A stretch of 64,000 bases of DNA from Devosia sp. (GTDB lineage Bacteria; Pseudomonadota; Alphaproteobacteria; Rhizobiales; Devosiaceae), in contig NZ_JAFKHE010000017.1 of assembly GCF_017307495.1 (NCBI RefSeq), positions 37,087-101,086 on the forward strand. Direction: 5' to 3'. Every line of letters begins with the position of its first letter. Positions within the stretch are counted from its first letter, which is position 1. Below the pieces are notes generated by a model that did no database searches, was not told the DNA's origin, and saw only the letters and a program-made list of their open reading frames with translations. This document shows, one piece after another, positions 9,385 to 19,308 of this stretch. Position numbers and translations under genes: made by a program.

Positions 9385-10857
9385 ATGTTCGACATCAACT
9401 GGATCAAAGCCAATCCCGCCGCATTCGATGCTGCCCTCGCGGGGCGCAAGAATGTGCCGTTCACGGCCGCGCAGTTGCTGGAGATGGACGAGTCCCGGCG
9501 CACGGCGATCGCGGCGGTCGAGGAGGCGCAGGCGAAGCGCAACGCGCTTTCAAAGCAGATCGGCCAGGCCAAGGCGCAGAAGGACGACGCCAAGGCGCAG
9601 GCGCTGATGGACGAGGTGGCCCACCTCAAGGACGTCGTGCAGTCGGGCGAGGCGGCGCGCAAGGAAGCCGAGGACAAGCTCCGGCAGGCGCTGTCGGTGA
9701 TCCCGAACCTGCCGCTCGCCGAAGTGCCGCGCGGCAACGACGAGAGCGACAATGTCGAGTATTTCGGGCGGAATGGGTCGCCCGAGACGGCCGCGAAGAA
9801 CCGGCCGGCCAAGCCCAGCTTCGGCTACAGGCCCAGGGAGCACTTCGAGACCGGCGAGGCGCTGGGGCAAATGGATTTCGAGGTCGCGGCCAAGCTGTCG
9901 GGCGCGCGCTTCGTGGTGCTGAAGAGCCATCTGGCGCGGCTCGAGCGGGCGATCGGGCAGTTCATGCTTGACCTGCATGTGGACGAGCATGGGTACACGG
10001 AGGTTCAGCCTCCGCTGCTGGTGAAGGACGATGCGCTTTACGGCACTAACCAGTTGCCGAAGTTCGAGCAGGACCTCTTCAAGACACACAAATCCAGAGC
10101 CCTCGCTGACCTAGACCCGAAGCTGGCGTCACAATTCAAGGAAGTTGCCGCGCTGAAGGAGGTCGATGGCACTCTAGTCGCAGACGAAAACGCGACATTT
10201 GACCGCGCACGCAGCGAAGAGTGGTTGCAGCAGGCCGAGAAGGCCAACGCGCTGTACCTTATTCCAACTGCCGAAGTCCCCCTCACGAACATGGTGCGCG
10301 AGAGCATTCTCAGTGAAGAGCAGTTGCCGATGCGGCTGACGGCGCTGACGCCGTGCTTCCGGTCGGAGGCCGGGTCGGCTGGCCGTGACACGCGCGGGAT
10401 GCTGCGGCAGCACCAGTTCAACAAGGTCGAGATGGTGGCGATCACCACGCCAGAGGCGTCGGGCGACGAGCATGAGAAGATGCTGAGTGATGCCGAGGAC
10501 GTGCTGAGGCAGCTGGGCATCCACTACCGGGTGATGATGCTGTCGACCGGCGACATGGGCTTCGGGGCGCAGAAGACCTACGACCTCGAGGCGTGGCTGC
10601 CGGGGCAGGATACCTATCGCGAGATCAGCTCGGTGTCGGTGTGCGGCGACTTCCAGGCGCGGCGCATGGATGCACGCTACCGCGACAAGGACGGCAAGGT
10701 GCGGCATGTGCATACGCTCAATGGCTCGGGCGTCGCGGTGGGGCGTGCGCTGATCGCGGTGATGGAGAACTACCAGCAGGAAGATGGCTCGGTGCTGATC
10801 CCCGAGGTGCTGCAGCCCTACATGAAGGGGCTGAAGACGATCGGCGCGCGCTCGTGA
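9385..10857 (+). CDS. serS: Serine--tRNA ligase with an internal insertion
   Basis: N-terminal coiled coil, [39 protein letters not shown]; ATG at 9385. Confidence 0.97.
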   Translation: MFDINWIKANPAAFDAALAGRKNVPFTAAQLLEMDESRRTAIAAVEEAQAKRNALSKQIGQAKAQKDDAKAQALMDEVAHLKDVVQSGEAARKEAEDKLRQALSVIPNLPLAEVPRGNDESDNVEYFGRNGSPETAAKNRPAKPSFGYRPREHFETGEALGQMDFEVAAKLSGARFVVLKSHLARLERAIGQFMLDLHVDEHGYTEVQPPLLVKDDALYGTNQLPKFEQDLFKTHKSRALADLDPKLASQFKEVAALKEVDGTLVADENATFDRARSEEWLQQAEKANALYLIPTAEVPLTNMVRESILSEEQLPMRLTALTPCFRSEAGSAGRDTRGMLRQHQFNKVEMVAITTPEASGDEHEKMLSDAEDVLRQLGIHYRVMMLSTGDMGFGAQKTYDLEAWLPGQDTYREISSVSVCGDFQARRMDARYRDKDGKVRHVHTLNGSGVAVGRALIAVMENYQQEDGSVLIPEVLQPYMKGLKTIGARS

Positions 10858-11618
10858 GAATCCTGATCACCAATGATGACGGGGTCGACGCGCCCGGCAT
10901 CGCGGTGATGCGCGAGATCGCGGCGGAGCTGAGCGACGACATCTGGGTGGTGGCGCCGGACGGCAACCAGTCGGGTGCGGCGCACCGCTTTACCTTCGGG
11001 CGCGAACTCGGGCTCGAGGAGCGGGAGCATCAGGTCTACGCAGTGGTCGGCGGGTCGCCGGCGGACTGCGTCGTCGCCGGAATGACTCATATTTGCAAGG
11101 ACTTACGGCCTGATCTAGTGCTGTCCGGGGTCAATAACGGGCAGAATATGGGCGACATCATCAACTGCTCGGGCACGGTGGCCGGGGCACGCGAGGGGGC
11201 GTTGCACGGCGCGCTGGGCATCGGCATCAGCCAGGGCGTCAACTACGAGCTCGGGCACGAGGTGAACTGGACCAACGCGCGGACCTACTCGGTGCGCGTG
11301 ATCCGGCAGCTGCTGGCCGAGGTGAAGACGCGGGGCGACGCCTATTTCAACGTGAACCTGCCTTATTGCGCGCCCGAGGACGTGAGCGGCGTGCGGGTGG
11401 TGCCGTTCCAGCGCTTCTCGCGTTCGCCCATGGCCTACTACCCGAGCGACAACGCCGGGAAGTTCTTCATCGCCATTCCCGAGACGCCCATGCCGATCGA
11501 TCCGGAGAACGACTTCGGGCTGATGATGCACGGCAATGCCATCACGGTGACCCCACTGATGTTGCAGCATACGCATCACGACCTGGTGGCGCGGCTGGAC
11601 GGAGCCGTGGGGCTCTGA
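10854..11618 (+). CDS. surE: 5'/3'-nucleotidase SurE
   Basis: [34 protein letters not shown]; GTGA overlap with the serS stop. Confidence 0.93.
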   Translation: MRILITNDDGVDAPGIAVMREIAAELSDDIWVVAPDGNQSGAAHRFTFGRELGLEEREHQVYAVVGGSPADCVVAGMTHICKDLRPDLVLSGVNNGQNMGDIINCSGTVAGAREGALHGALGIGISQGVNYELGHEVNWTNARTYSVRVIRQLLAEVKTRGDAYFNVNLPYCAPEDVSGVRVVPFQRFSRSPMAYYPSDNAGKFFIAIPETPMPIDPENDFGLMMHGNAITVTPLMLQHTHHDLVARLDGAVGL

Positions 11619-12169
11619 GCGAGCGAGCCGGTTCGTGCGGCTCGCTGCTGACGCCTGCTTCGTGCTTGATTGCCACAATTGCCTTGCCCCCTCGCTTCAG
11701 TTCGAAGGGGATTGTCGCATGGCTGGAGCGGACGGGGACAAGTTGGCGGCCCAGGGAAGAAGATGCCGGGAATCCCAGGGATTGCCGGCATGGGCGGTGG
11801 TCGTGAATGCGGGCTCGCCACGGGTCACGGCTCGGCGGTTCCCGGACATTCAGTCGAAGGTGGGGAGGGTGCTGCCCTGCTCGGGCCGCCTGCCCACCAT
11901 GTTGATGAACGGGCTCTGAACCGTTGTTCATCCTGGGCTGCCTGATGGGCAACGCAGTACTCCACGCCCCCTCATCTGCCCTTCGGGCGCCCCGCTCCGA
12001 CAAGGAATGGGGCCGCACCTGTGACGGCTCAGCCGGGATGGCGACGCCGTATCCCTACCGGTTCCTGAATCCGTGTTCGGGGCATCATGCAAATTGCCTC
12101 GCATTTAAATCACTCTTTACCTTAACGGCCTAACCTCCAGTCCATTGAGTACCTGCGTAGAGTGGACTG

Positions 12170-13366
12170 ATGAGTAACCGCGTGACCGGAAGGGCGTTCA
12201 AAACCGCCGCGATTGTGGGCCTCCTCGTGGGCGCCACGGCGCTTTCTGGGTGCAGTTCGCTGGGTGGGCTCGGCTTCGACAGAACAGTGACCGGTTCGGT
12301 CAACTCTGCCGCATCGATGCCCGCGTCCCAGCCCATGCCCAGCAAGCTGGCCGAGAGTCGTTTCGTCCCCCCCGCAGATATTGGCGGCAATGGCAGCCCC
12401 GGCGCGATGATGGTCGGGTCCAGTGCCATGCCATCCGCCTCCAGCCAGCCGCTGGGCTCAGTATCGACCGAAGACTTGCCTGTGCTCACCTCGTCAGCCA
12501 ACGGAAGCAAACCGATGATGCCTGCTGCCCAGCCCCTGAGCCCGGTTCCGGCGACCACCCAGTTGGCGTCGGCTCCCGCTCCACAGTCGAATACGCTCGT
12601 CTCCGTCCCGTCGGACGCCTATGTGCACGTGATCGAAAGCGGCGAGAGCCTCTATACCGTGGCACGCCGCTACAACGTGACGGCGCAGGCGATCATCCAG
12701 GCGAACGGCTTCTCCTCGCCGGACAAGATCTTTGTCGGCCAGAAGATCGTCATTCCGGGCAAGGCTTCCACGCTCGCCGCCCTCGGGCCGAAGCCGAGCG
12801 CCTCGCAGGCGGTCGATACCCTCGCTCCGGCCGCCCAGCCTCTGGCCAAGCCAACGGCCGTGGCTTCGCTCGACACCCAGGCCAAGACCCCGGCCGCGAC
12901 GGTGAAGCCGCTCGCCCCGGTGTCGGATGCCGCTCCGGCCGCCCCGGTCGCCGAGGCCAAGCCGCTCGAGCAGCCCAAGTCCGAGCCGGTGCTGTCCGGC
13001 GCCGACAAGTTCCGCTGGCCGGTCTCGGGCCGCGTGATCACTGACTTCGCCAATTCCAAGGGCACCGGCATCAATATCGAGGCGCCGGAAGGCACCGCGG
13101 TGCGGGCCGCCGAGAACGGGCAGGTGATCTATGCCGGCTCGGGCGTCGAGGGCTACGGCAACCTGATCCTCATCCGCCATCCGAACGGCTACGTGTCGGC
13201 CTACGCCCACCTCAAGGACATGAACGTGGCCAAGGGCACGGTGGTCAACCGCGGCGACAATATCGGCACGGCCGGCAAGACCGGCGGCGTGGCCAAGTCG
13301 CAGCTCCACTTCGAACTGCGCAAGGGCGCAACCCCGGTGGACCCGGTGCCGCTGCTGGCGTCGTAG
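12170..13366 (+). CDS. LysM + M23 peptidase lipoprotein (NlpD/DipM-like)
   Basis: Lipobox LSGC, LysM (HVIESGESLYTVARRY), M23 domain (GINIEAPEG, AYAH, LHFELRKG); position after surE. Confidence 0.9.
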   Translation: MSNRVTGRAFKTAAIVGLLVGATALSGCSSLGGLGFDRTVTGSVNSAASMPASQPMPSKLAESRFVPPADIGGNGSPGAMMVGSSAMPSASSQPLGSVSTEDLPVLTSSANGSKPMMPAAQPLSPVPATTQLASAPAPQSNTLVSVPSDAYVHVIESGESLYTVARRYNVTAQAIIQANGFSSPDKIFVGQKIVIPGKASTLAALGPKPSASQAVDTLAPAAQPLAKPTAVASLDTQAKTPAATVKPLAPVSDAAPAAPVAEAKPLEQPKSEPVLSGADKFRWPVSGRVITDFANSKGTGINIEAPEGTAVRAAENGQVIYAGSGVEGYGNLILIRHPNGYVSAYAHLKDMNVAKGTVVNRGDNIGTAGKTGGVAKSQLHFELRKGATPVDPVPLLAS

Positions 13367-13394
13367 GAAGCAGGAATTAGAAGGTAGAAATTTG

Positions 13395-13421
13395 AAGGGC
13401 CCCGGAGAACCGGGGCCTTTT
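13395..13421 (+). terminator. Rho-independent terminator
   Basis: AAGGGCCCCGG-AGAA-CCGGGGCCTTTT after the nlpD-like gene. Confidence 0.85.
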
Positions 13422-13456
13422 GCTTTGGGGGCATCGTGGGGCCCACATCAACAGGT

Positions 13457-13534
13457 GTCATCCCTGCGAAGGCAGGGATCCATTTCGCAGCCCGCGCTCG
13501 CTGATGCATGGATCCCTGCTTTCGCAGGGATGAC
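13457..13534. repeat. REP-like inverted pair, family A
   Basis: GTCATCCCTGCGAAGGCAGGGATCC...GGATCCCTGCTTTCGCAGGGATGAC. Confidence 0.9.
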
Positions 13535-13566
13535 AGCCGGTGGGTGTACGCCGCTTCGCGCCTGGA

Positions 13567-14547
13567 TCAGGTGACGAACGCCCGGACCGAGTGCTTGATC
13601 TCGAGCGGCTTCTGCGGGTCGATGTCGATCGAGGTGCGGATGCCGCGCTTGTTGATCGGGTTGGGGCCGGTCGAGACGTCGGTGTGCAGGTCGAAGGCGG
13701 AGGCGAGAGGCTCAAGGCCGATGGCGCGGAACTGGTTGCGCCAGGGTTCGCCGCCGATGCCGCCGTCGGTGTGCCAGAACATCAGCGTGGGGAGCAGGTT
13801 GCGGTCCCAATCGAGCTCGAAGCCGGCGCCTTCGTCGAGATAGGTGCCGGTGAGCGGGCTGGTGACCCCGCAGAGCTGGATGTTCCTGTCGGTGCGCGGC
13901 GTGAGCGGGATATGGCCCATGTCGACGCGGCCGCCATTCATGGGCACGGAGGCGAGGCTGGTGAACTCCTGCGGGTCGCCGACGGCGGTCTGGCCGGGGT
14001 GGGTGAGGCCGAACTGGAAATCGACCTTCAATTCGAGCCGACCGGGTTTTTCGGGCAGGCGGAAGTTGGGGTGGAGGCCGGCCGAGATCGAGGCCTGGTG
14101 GCGGGCGAAGATGCGCAGGCTGAAATCGAGGGCCGGGCTGCCGTCGCGGGCCGAGATGGTGCGCTCGAGGCGCCGGACAACCGAATGCGGCTCGTAGTCA
14201 AGGCTCAGGGTGACGGAGCGCTCGTCGGCGGAGACGATGGTCCATTCCTCGTGCGCGGCCGGGCCGTGGATGGTGCCGTTGGCCGGCTGGGTCATCAGTT
14301 CGGACCATTCGGGCAGGGTGGGGGCCTCTCGCCCGCCGGTGCCGAACGGGAGGCCGACGAAATCGCCGGCGAGGACGCGCAGGTGCCCGACGATCGCGGG
14401 ATCGCTGACGGTGCCGACCCAGGGGGCGCGGGCGAAGGGCTTGAACGGGCCGTTGGGCAGGCTGAACGTGGCGTCGGTCAGCATGGCGGCGGTGGTGACG
14501 ATGGTCGCGTCGCCGTGCGACCACCTCAGTCTATGCGTCGAACTCAA
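13567..14547 (-). CDS. Hypothetical protein, probable galactose-mutarotase-like beta-sandwich
   Basis: TTG start after GAGGGGGGAG; IHGPA and GLHPNF His motifs and GLEP resemble aldose-1-epimerase-like folds. Confidence 0.6.
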   Translation of the reverse strand: MSSTHRLRWSHGDATIVTTAAMLTDATFSLPNGPFKPFARAPWVGTVSDPAIVGHLRVLAGDFVGLPFGTGGREAPTLPEWSELMTQPANGTIHGPAAHEEWTIVSADERSVTLSLDYEPHSVVRRLERTISARDGSPALDFSLRIFARHQASISAGLHPNFRLPEKPGRLELKVDFQFGLTHPGQTAVGDPQEFTSLASVPMNGGRVDMGHIPLTPRTDRNIQLCGVTSPLTGTYLDEGAGFELDWDRNLLPTLMFWHTDGGIGGEPWRNQFRAIGLEPLASAFDLHTDVSTGPNPINKRGIRTSIDIDPQKPLEIKHSVRAFVT

Positions 14548-14592
14548 TGCTCCCCCCTCGGGAATTATTCGCTCTTGCTCAGTCTCTCAGTC

Positions 14593-14670
14593 GTCATCCG
14601 CGGGCTTGACCCGCGGACCCATTGGATGTCGCACCATCGCTGGGTCCCCGGGTCTTCGCCCGGGGATGAC
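14593..14670. repeat. REP-like inverted pair, family B
   Basis: GTCATCCGCGGGCTTGACCCGCGGACCCA...TGGGTCCCCGGGTCTTCGCCCGGGGATGAC. Confidence 0.8.
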
Positions 14671-14724
14671 GGTGGATGGAAGGGCAGGTGCGGTTTGTTC
14701 CGCTTTCCTGGCCCCTGCCTCGGT

Positions 14725-14802
14725 ATCACCCCTGCGAAAGCAGGGGCCCAACTTGAAGTCCGCGCCGGCTGCGGGATGGGTCCCTGCTTTCGCAGGGATG
14801 AC
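14725..14802. repeat. REP-like inverted pair, family A
   Basis: ATCACCCCTGCGAAAGCAGGGGCCCA...TGGGTCCCTGCTTTCGCAGGGATGAC; same AGCCGGTGGGT tail as the 13457 copy. Confidence 0.88.
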
Positions 14803-14828
14803 AGCCGGTGGGTTTGGCACCAGACAAA

Positions 14829-15704
14829 CTAGATCGCCTTGCCCTGCTCTCCTGCCAGGGCCCTCACGAACTGGATGGCGACGCGACCGGAGCGGGCGCC
14901 GCGGGTCATTGACCATTCTACGGCGCGGGCACGCAGGGTCTCGTCGTCGATCACGATGCCGTACTCGTCGCAGTAGCCGCGGATCATGGCAAGGTAGGTC
15001 GGCTGGTCGCAGTTGTGGAAGCCCAACCAAAGTCCGAAGCGGTCGGAGAGCGACACCTTCTCGTCCACGGCCTCGCCGGGGGAGATGGCGGTGGAGCGCT
15101 CGTTCTCGACCATGTCGCGTGGCATGAGGTGGCGGCGGTTGGAGGTGGCGTAGAACAGCACATTCTCGGGCCGGCCCTCGAGGCCGCCATCGAGGATGGT
15201 CTTCAGCGACTTGTAGCTGGTTTCGTCCTTGTCGAAGCTCAGGTCGTCGCAGAAGACGATGAAGCGGGCGTCCTCGCGGGAGATGACGCGCATCAGCCGG
15301 GGCAGGGCCTCAATGTCCTCGCGGGCGATCTCGATGAGGATGAGGCGCTTGAGGCCGGGTTCGCCGAGGGCGTTGATATGGGCGTGGATGGCCTTGACCA
15401 GCGAGCTCTTGCCCATGCCGCGCGCGCCCCAGAGCAGCGCGTTGTTGGCGGCAAAGCCGCGCGCGAACTGCAGGGTATTCTGCAACAGGATCTCGCGGAC
15501 ATCATCGATGCCCTGGAGCATGGCGAGCGGCACGCGGGAGACCCTTGCGACGGGGACGAGCAGGCCGGCGGCGGCGTCCCAGTGATAGGCATCGGCATCG
15601 GTCAGCGCCGGCGCCGCAGCGTTCGCGCCGGGCCGCAGCGCGTCGAGCGAATCCGCTATGCGAGCGAGAGCCGCTGCGATGGCGGCGGAATTGTCTTCAG
15701 TCAT
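14829..15704 (-). CDS. DUF815 family AAA+ ATP-binding protein
   Basis: NNALLWGARGMGKSSLVKA (Walker A), IVFCDDLSF, YATSNRRHL; ATG at 15704. Confidence 0.92.
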   Translation of the reverse strand: MTEDNSAAIAAALARIADSLDALRPGANAAAPALTDADAYHWDAAAGLLVPVARVSRVPLAMLQGIDDVREILLQNTLQFARGFAANNALLWGARGMGKSSLVKAIHAHINALGEPGLKRLILIEIAREDIEALPRLMRVISREDARFIVFCDDLSFDKDETSYKSLKTILDGGLEGRPENVLFYATSNRRHLMPRDMVENERSTAISPGEAVDEKVSLSDRFGLWLGFHNCDQPTYLAMIRGYCDEYGIVIDDETLRARAVEWSMTRGARSGRVAIQFVRALAGEQGKAI

Positions 15705-15753
15705 AAGGCAGTACTCCCGGGTACGCCTCTCTTTTGAACCACCCCGATTGGCT

Positions 15754-15782
15754 TTGCAATCCTTGACGCCCACCACTATATT
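15754..15782 (+). promoter_or_regulatory. Putative sigma70 promoter of yajC-secDF
   Basis: TTGCAA-N17-TATATT. Confidence 0.5.
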
Positions 15783-15890
15783 CCGCGCGATTTTTGCCGG
15801 GTTGGACTGCCCATCGCCGGAAACCTGCCCTATATGGGCCAACACGGCCGATCCGACGGGCCGAAGACCAACTGAGCAAGGAGCCTCTTG

Positions 15891-16244
15891 ATGTTCGTGA
15901 CCCCCGCTTTCGCGCAAGCCGCAACCGGTGCCGCCCCCGCCGGCGTCGGCGGAGCCGATCTGCTGATCCAGTTTGCGCCGATCCTGCTGCTGGTCGTGAT
16001 CTTCTGGCTGCTGATCTTCCGCCCCCAGCAGAAGCGCATGAAGGCGCACCAGGCGATGCTCTCGGCGATCACCCGCGGCGACACCGTGGTTACGTCCGGC
16101 GGTCTCGTCGGCAAGGTGACCAAGGCGGTGGACGGCGAAGACCTCGAAGTTGAGATCGCCCAGGGCACGCGCGTCAAGATCACCCGTGGCGGCATCACCG
16201 ACGTGCGGTCGAAGTCCGCTCCGGTCAACGACAACAAGGCCTGA
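15891..16244 (+). CDS. yajC: Preprotein translocase subunit YajC
   Basis: TM helix followed by IFRPQQKRMKAHQAML..GDTVVTSGGLVGKV. Confidence 0.95.
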   Translation: MFVTPAFAQAATGAAPAGVGGADLLIQFAPILLLVVIFWLLIFRPQQKRMKAHQAMLSAITRGDTVVTSGGLVGKVTKAVDGEDLEVEIAQGTRVKITRGGITDVRSKSAPVNDNKA

Positions 16245-16358
16245 TCCTTCTTGCAGCCGGTCCACCTTCGTGGGCCGGCCGACGCATTTGTGACATAGAT
16301 GCGGAGCCCTTACGGGGCTCCGCTAGCCCATTGGGCCCTTCAAGGACCGACGCTCGAC

Positions 16359-18917
16359 ATGCAGTTCTCGCCCCTGCGCACAGCCATCATCGTCATCGTC
16401 GCGGTGCTTGGCATCTTGTTCACGATTCCGAGCTTCCTGCCCAAGGATGTGCTGTCGGGGTGGCCGGGCTTCCTGCCAAAGAACACGGTGGTGCTCGGCC
16501 TCGACCTGCAGGGCGGCTCGCACCTGCTGCTGCAGGTGAACAAGGACTCGATCATCACCGAGCGTATCAAGACGCTCCGGCGAGACGTGCGCACGACGCT
16601 GGCCAACCAGAACGGCATCGGCAACCTGATTACGACCGGTACGGATTCGGTCACCGTCGAGCTGACGGATCCGACGCAGAAGGATGCCGCGATGGCGGCG
16701 ATCCAGAAGCTGCAATCCAGCGTTTCGGGCTCGTTCGGCGTGGGCGGCGTGAACGAGCTGGCCTTCTCGGAGACGCCGGACGGCAAGATCGTGGTGGCGC
16801 TGACCCCCGATGGCGTGACGGCGCGCATGTCGCAGCTCGTGGCGCAGTCGATGGAGGTCATCCGCAACCGCGTCGACGCGGTCGGCACGACCGAGCCGAC
16901 GATCCAGCGCCAGGGTGACAATCGCGTGCTCGTGCAGGTGCCGGGCTTCGAGGACTCGACCCGGCTCAAGGAGCTGATCGCCAAGACGGCACGGCTGACG
17001 TTCCATCTGGTGCATCCGTCGATGACGGCGGCGCAGGCCGAAGCGCAGGGCGTGCCGGCCGGCTACGTGGTCGTGCCGAGCGCCGACGGCGGCAGCGAAC
17101 TGCTCAACGAGAACATCGAGCTGGGCGGCGAGTCGCTGACCAATGCGCAGCCGGGCTTCGACCAGCAGACCGGCCGGTCGGTGGTGAGCTTCCAGTTCGA
17201 CACGCGCGGGGCGATCACGTTCGGCGAGATCACCTCCAAGAATGTCGGCAAGCGCTTCGCGATCGTGCTCGACAACCAGGTGATCACGGCGCCGGTCATC
17301 CAGCAGGCGATCACCGGCGGCTCGGGCCAGATCAGCGGCAACTTCACGCCGCAATCGGCCAACGACCTCGCGGTGCTGCTGCGCGCCGGCGCCTTGCCGG
17401 CGACGCTCGATGTGGTGGAAGAGCGCTCGGTGGGTCCGAGCCTGGGCGCCGACTCGATCCATGCCGGCATCACCGCGGGCCTCGTGGCCTCGGTTCTGGT
17501 GGTGGCGTTCATGGTGATCGCCTACGGCATGTTCGGCGTGTTCGCCAACGTGGCGCTAGGGCTCAACGTCATCCTCATCCTGGGCTCGCTGTCTGCGCTG
17601 GGGGCGACGCTGACCCTGCCGGGCATCGCTGGCATCGTGCTGACGATCGGCGTGGCGGTGGACGCCAACGTGCTGATCTACGAGCGCATGCGCGAGGAGC
17701 AACGGGCGGGCAAGTCGATCATCGCCTCGCTGGATGCGGGCTTCCACCGCGCCTGGGGCACCATCATCGACTCGCACCTGACGCAGCTGATCGCGGCCAT
17801 CGTGCTCTATTTCCTCGGCTCCGGTCCGATCCAGGGCTTTGCCGTGACGCTGGCGCTCGGCATCCTGACGTCGCTGTTCACCGCCTACACGGTGACGCGC
17901 CTGTTCATCTCGCTCTGGTACCGCTGGCGCCGCCCGAAGACGCTGCGCATCCAGCATTTCCGGTTCATCCCGGACGGCACCAAGATCGACTTCATGAAGA
18001 TGTCGCGCTACGCGATCGTGCTCTCGGTGGTGCTGACCATCGGGGCGATCGGGCTTGCCTTCACCAAGGGCTTCAACCTCGGCATCGACTTCATCGGCGG
18101 GTCGGCCATCGAGGTGCAGCATACGGCGGCGGGGGATGCGGACCCGGCGAAGGTGCGCGAACTGCTCGATCCGCTGGGCCTCGGCGAAGTCCAGGTGCAG
18201 AGCTTCGGCACGCCGCAGGACCTGCTGGTCCGCATCCAGCTGCAGCCCGGCGGCGATGCCGAGCAGCAGGTCGCGGTGCAGAAGGTCACGCAGGTACTGG
18301 CGACCGACAACTACGAAGTGCGGCGCACCGAGGCCGTGAGCGGCACGGTGTCGGGAGAACTGGGCCTGCACGGCACCATCGCCGTGCTGGTGTCGCTGGT
18401 CGCCATCCTGATGTACGTGTGGTTCCGCTTCGAGTGGCAGTTCGGCCTGGCGGCGGTGACGACGACGGCGCACGACGTGATCATGACGGTGGGCCTGTTC
18501 TCGCTGACCGGGCTGGAGTTCAACCTGAGCTCGATCGCGGCGGTGCTGACCCTCGTTGGCCTGTCGCTCAACGAAACCGTCGTCATCTCGGACCGCGTGC
18601 GCGAAAACCTGCGCAAATACAAGAAGATGACGATCCCCGAGATTATCAACCTGTCGATCAACCAGACCATCGTGCGGACGTCGCTGACGCAGTTCACGGT
18701 GCTGCTGGCGCTGTTCCCGCTGGTGTTCTTCGGCGGCGAGTCGATCCGTGGCTTCACCATCGCGATGACCTTCGGCTCGATCTTCGGCATGTACTCGTCG
18801 GTGTTCATCGGCGGCCCGATCCTGATCTATTTCGGGCTCAAGCCGCGCAGCGAAGCCGAGGAGGCCAAGGAGCAGAAGGCCAAGGCAGCCAAGCGCGCCG
18901 ACGGCGCCGCGGTCTGA
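16359..18917 (+). CDS. secDF: Fused SecD-SecF protein translocase subunit
   Basis: LGLDLQGG, LLRAGALP, VGPSLG, AVDANVLIYER (SecD) followed by NLGIDFIGG and VISDRVRE (SecF) in one ORF. Confidence 0.96.
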   Translation: MQFSPLRTAIIVIVAVLGILFTIPSFLPKDVLSGWPGFLPKNTVVLGLDLQGGSHLLLQVNKDSIITERIKTLRRDVRTTLANQNGIGNLITTGTDSVTVELTDPTQKDAAMAAIQKLQSSVSGSFGVGGVNELAFSETPDGKIVVALTPDGVTARMSQLVAQSMEVIRNRVDAVGTTEPTIQRQGDNRVLVQVPGFEDSTRLKELIAKTARLTFHLVHPSMTAAQAEAQGVPAGYVVVPSADGGSELLNENIELGGESLTNAQPGFDQQTGRSVVSFQFDTRGAITFGEITSKNVGKRFAIVLDNQVITAPVIQQAITGGSGQISGNFTPQSANDLAVLLRAGALPATLDVVEERSVGPSLGADSIHAGITAGLVASVLVVAFMVIAYGMFGVFANVALGLNVILILGSLSALGATLTLPGIAGIVLTIGVAVDANVLIYERMREEQRAGKSIIASLDAGFHRAWGTIIDSHLTQLIAAIVLYFLGSGPIQGFAVTLALGILTSLFTAYTVTRLFISLWYRWRRPKTLRIQHFRFIPDGTKIDFMKMSRYAIVLSVVLTIGAIGLAFTKGFNLGIDFIGGSAIEVQHTAAGDADPAKVRELLDPLGLGEVQVQSFGTPQDLLVRIQLQPGGDAEQQVAVQKVTQVLATDNYEVRRTEAVSGTVSGELGLHGTIAVLVSLVAILMYVWFRFEWQFGLAAVTTTAHDVIMTVGLFSLTGLEFNLSSIAAVLTLVGLSLNETVVISDRVRENLRKYKKMTIPEIINLSINQTIVRTSLTQFTVLLALFPLVFFGGESIRGFTIAMTFGSIFGMYSSVFIGGPILIYFGLKPRSEAEEAKEQKAKAAKRADGAAV

Positions 18918-18918
18918 C

Positions 18919-19308
18919 ATGGCGGAGCCGGGGGCGGGGTTCTACCCCCAGCAGGTGCAGATCGACGCCTATGGCAACGGCGGCTTCCGCTTCGCCGGCA
19001 TGAGCCACCGCGGCTCGCTGCTGTGCCTGCCGACGGGTATGCAGGCCTGGCCGGTCGACGCGGTGGGGCAACTGACGCTCGACAGCCTGCAACCGGTGCT
19101 CGACGTGGCCGAGCAGCTCGACGTGCTGCTGATCGGGCTGGGGGCGGACATCGTCGGGCTCGATCCCGCGATCCGGGCCGCGCTGAAGGCCCGGGGCGTG
19201 ATCGTCGAGGCGATCGCCACGGGTGGAGCCGTGCGCACCTACAACGTGCTGCTGGCCGAGGATCGCGCCGTGGGTGCGGCGCTGATCGCGGTCGAGAACG
19301 CCAGATGA
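18919..19308 (+). CDS. Mth938-like (DUF498, NDUFAF3-like) protein
   Basis: IDAYGNGGFRF...LLIGLG...TGGAVRTYNVLLAEDRAVGAAL. Confidence 0.92.
   Translation: MAEPGAGFYPQQVQIDAYGNGGFRFAGMSHRGSLLCLPTGMQAWPVDAVGQLTLDSLQPVLDVAEQLDVLLIGLGADIVGLDPAIRAALKARGVIVEAIATGGAVRTYNVLLAEDRAVGAALIAVENAR

Noticed and set aside
10084-10251. Intein or intron in serS
   Set aside because: It is too short, stays in frame, and lacks intein splice residues and group I/II intron hallmarks
12100-12135. CtrA box upstream of the nlpD-like gene
   Set aside because: TTAA half-sites are present but not at N7 spacing without multiple mismatches
13457-14802. Palindromic repeats with variable spacers resembling a CRISPR array
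   Set aside because: They are dispersed inverted pairs rather than regularly spaced direct repeats, and there are no cas genes
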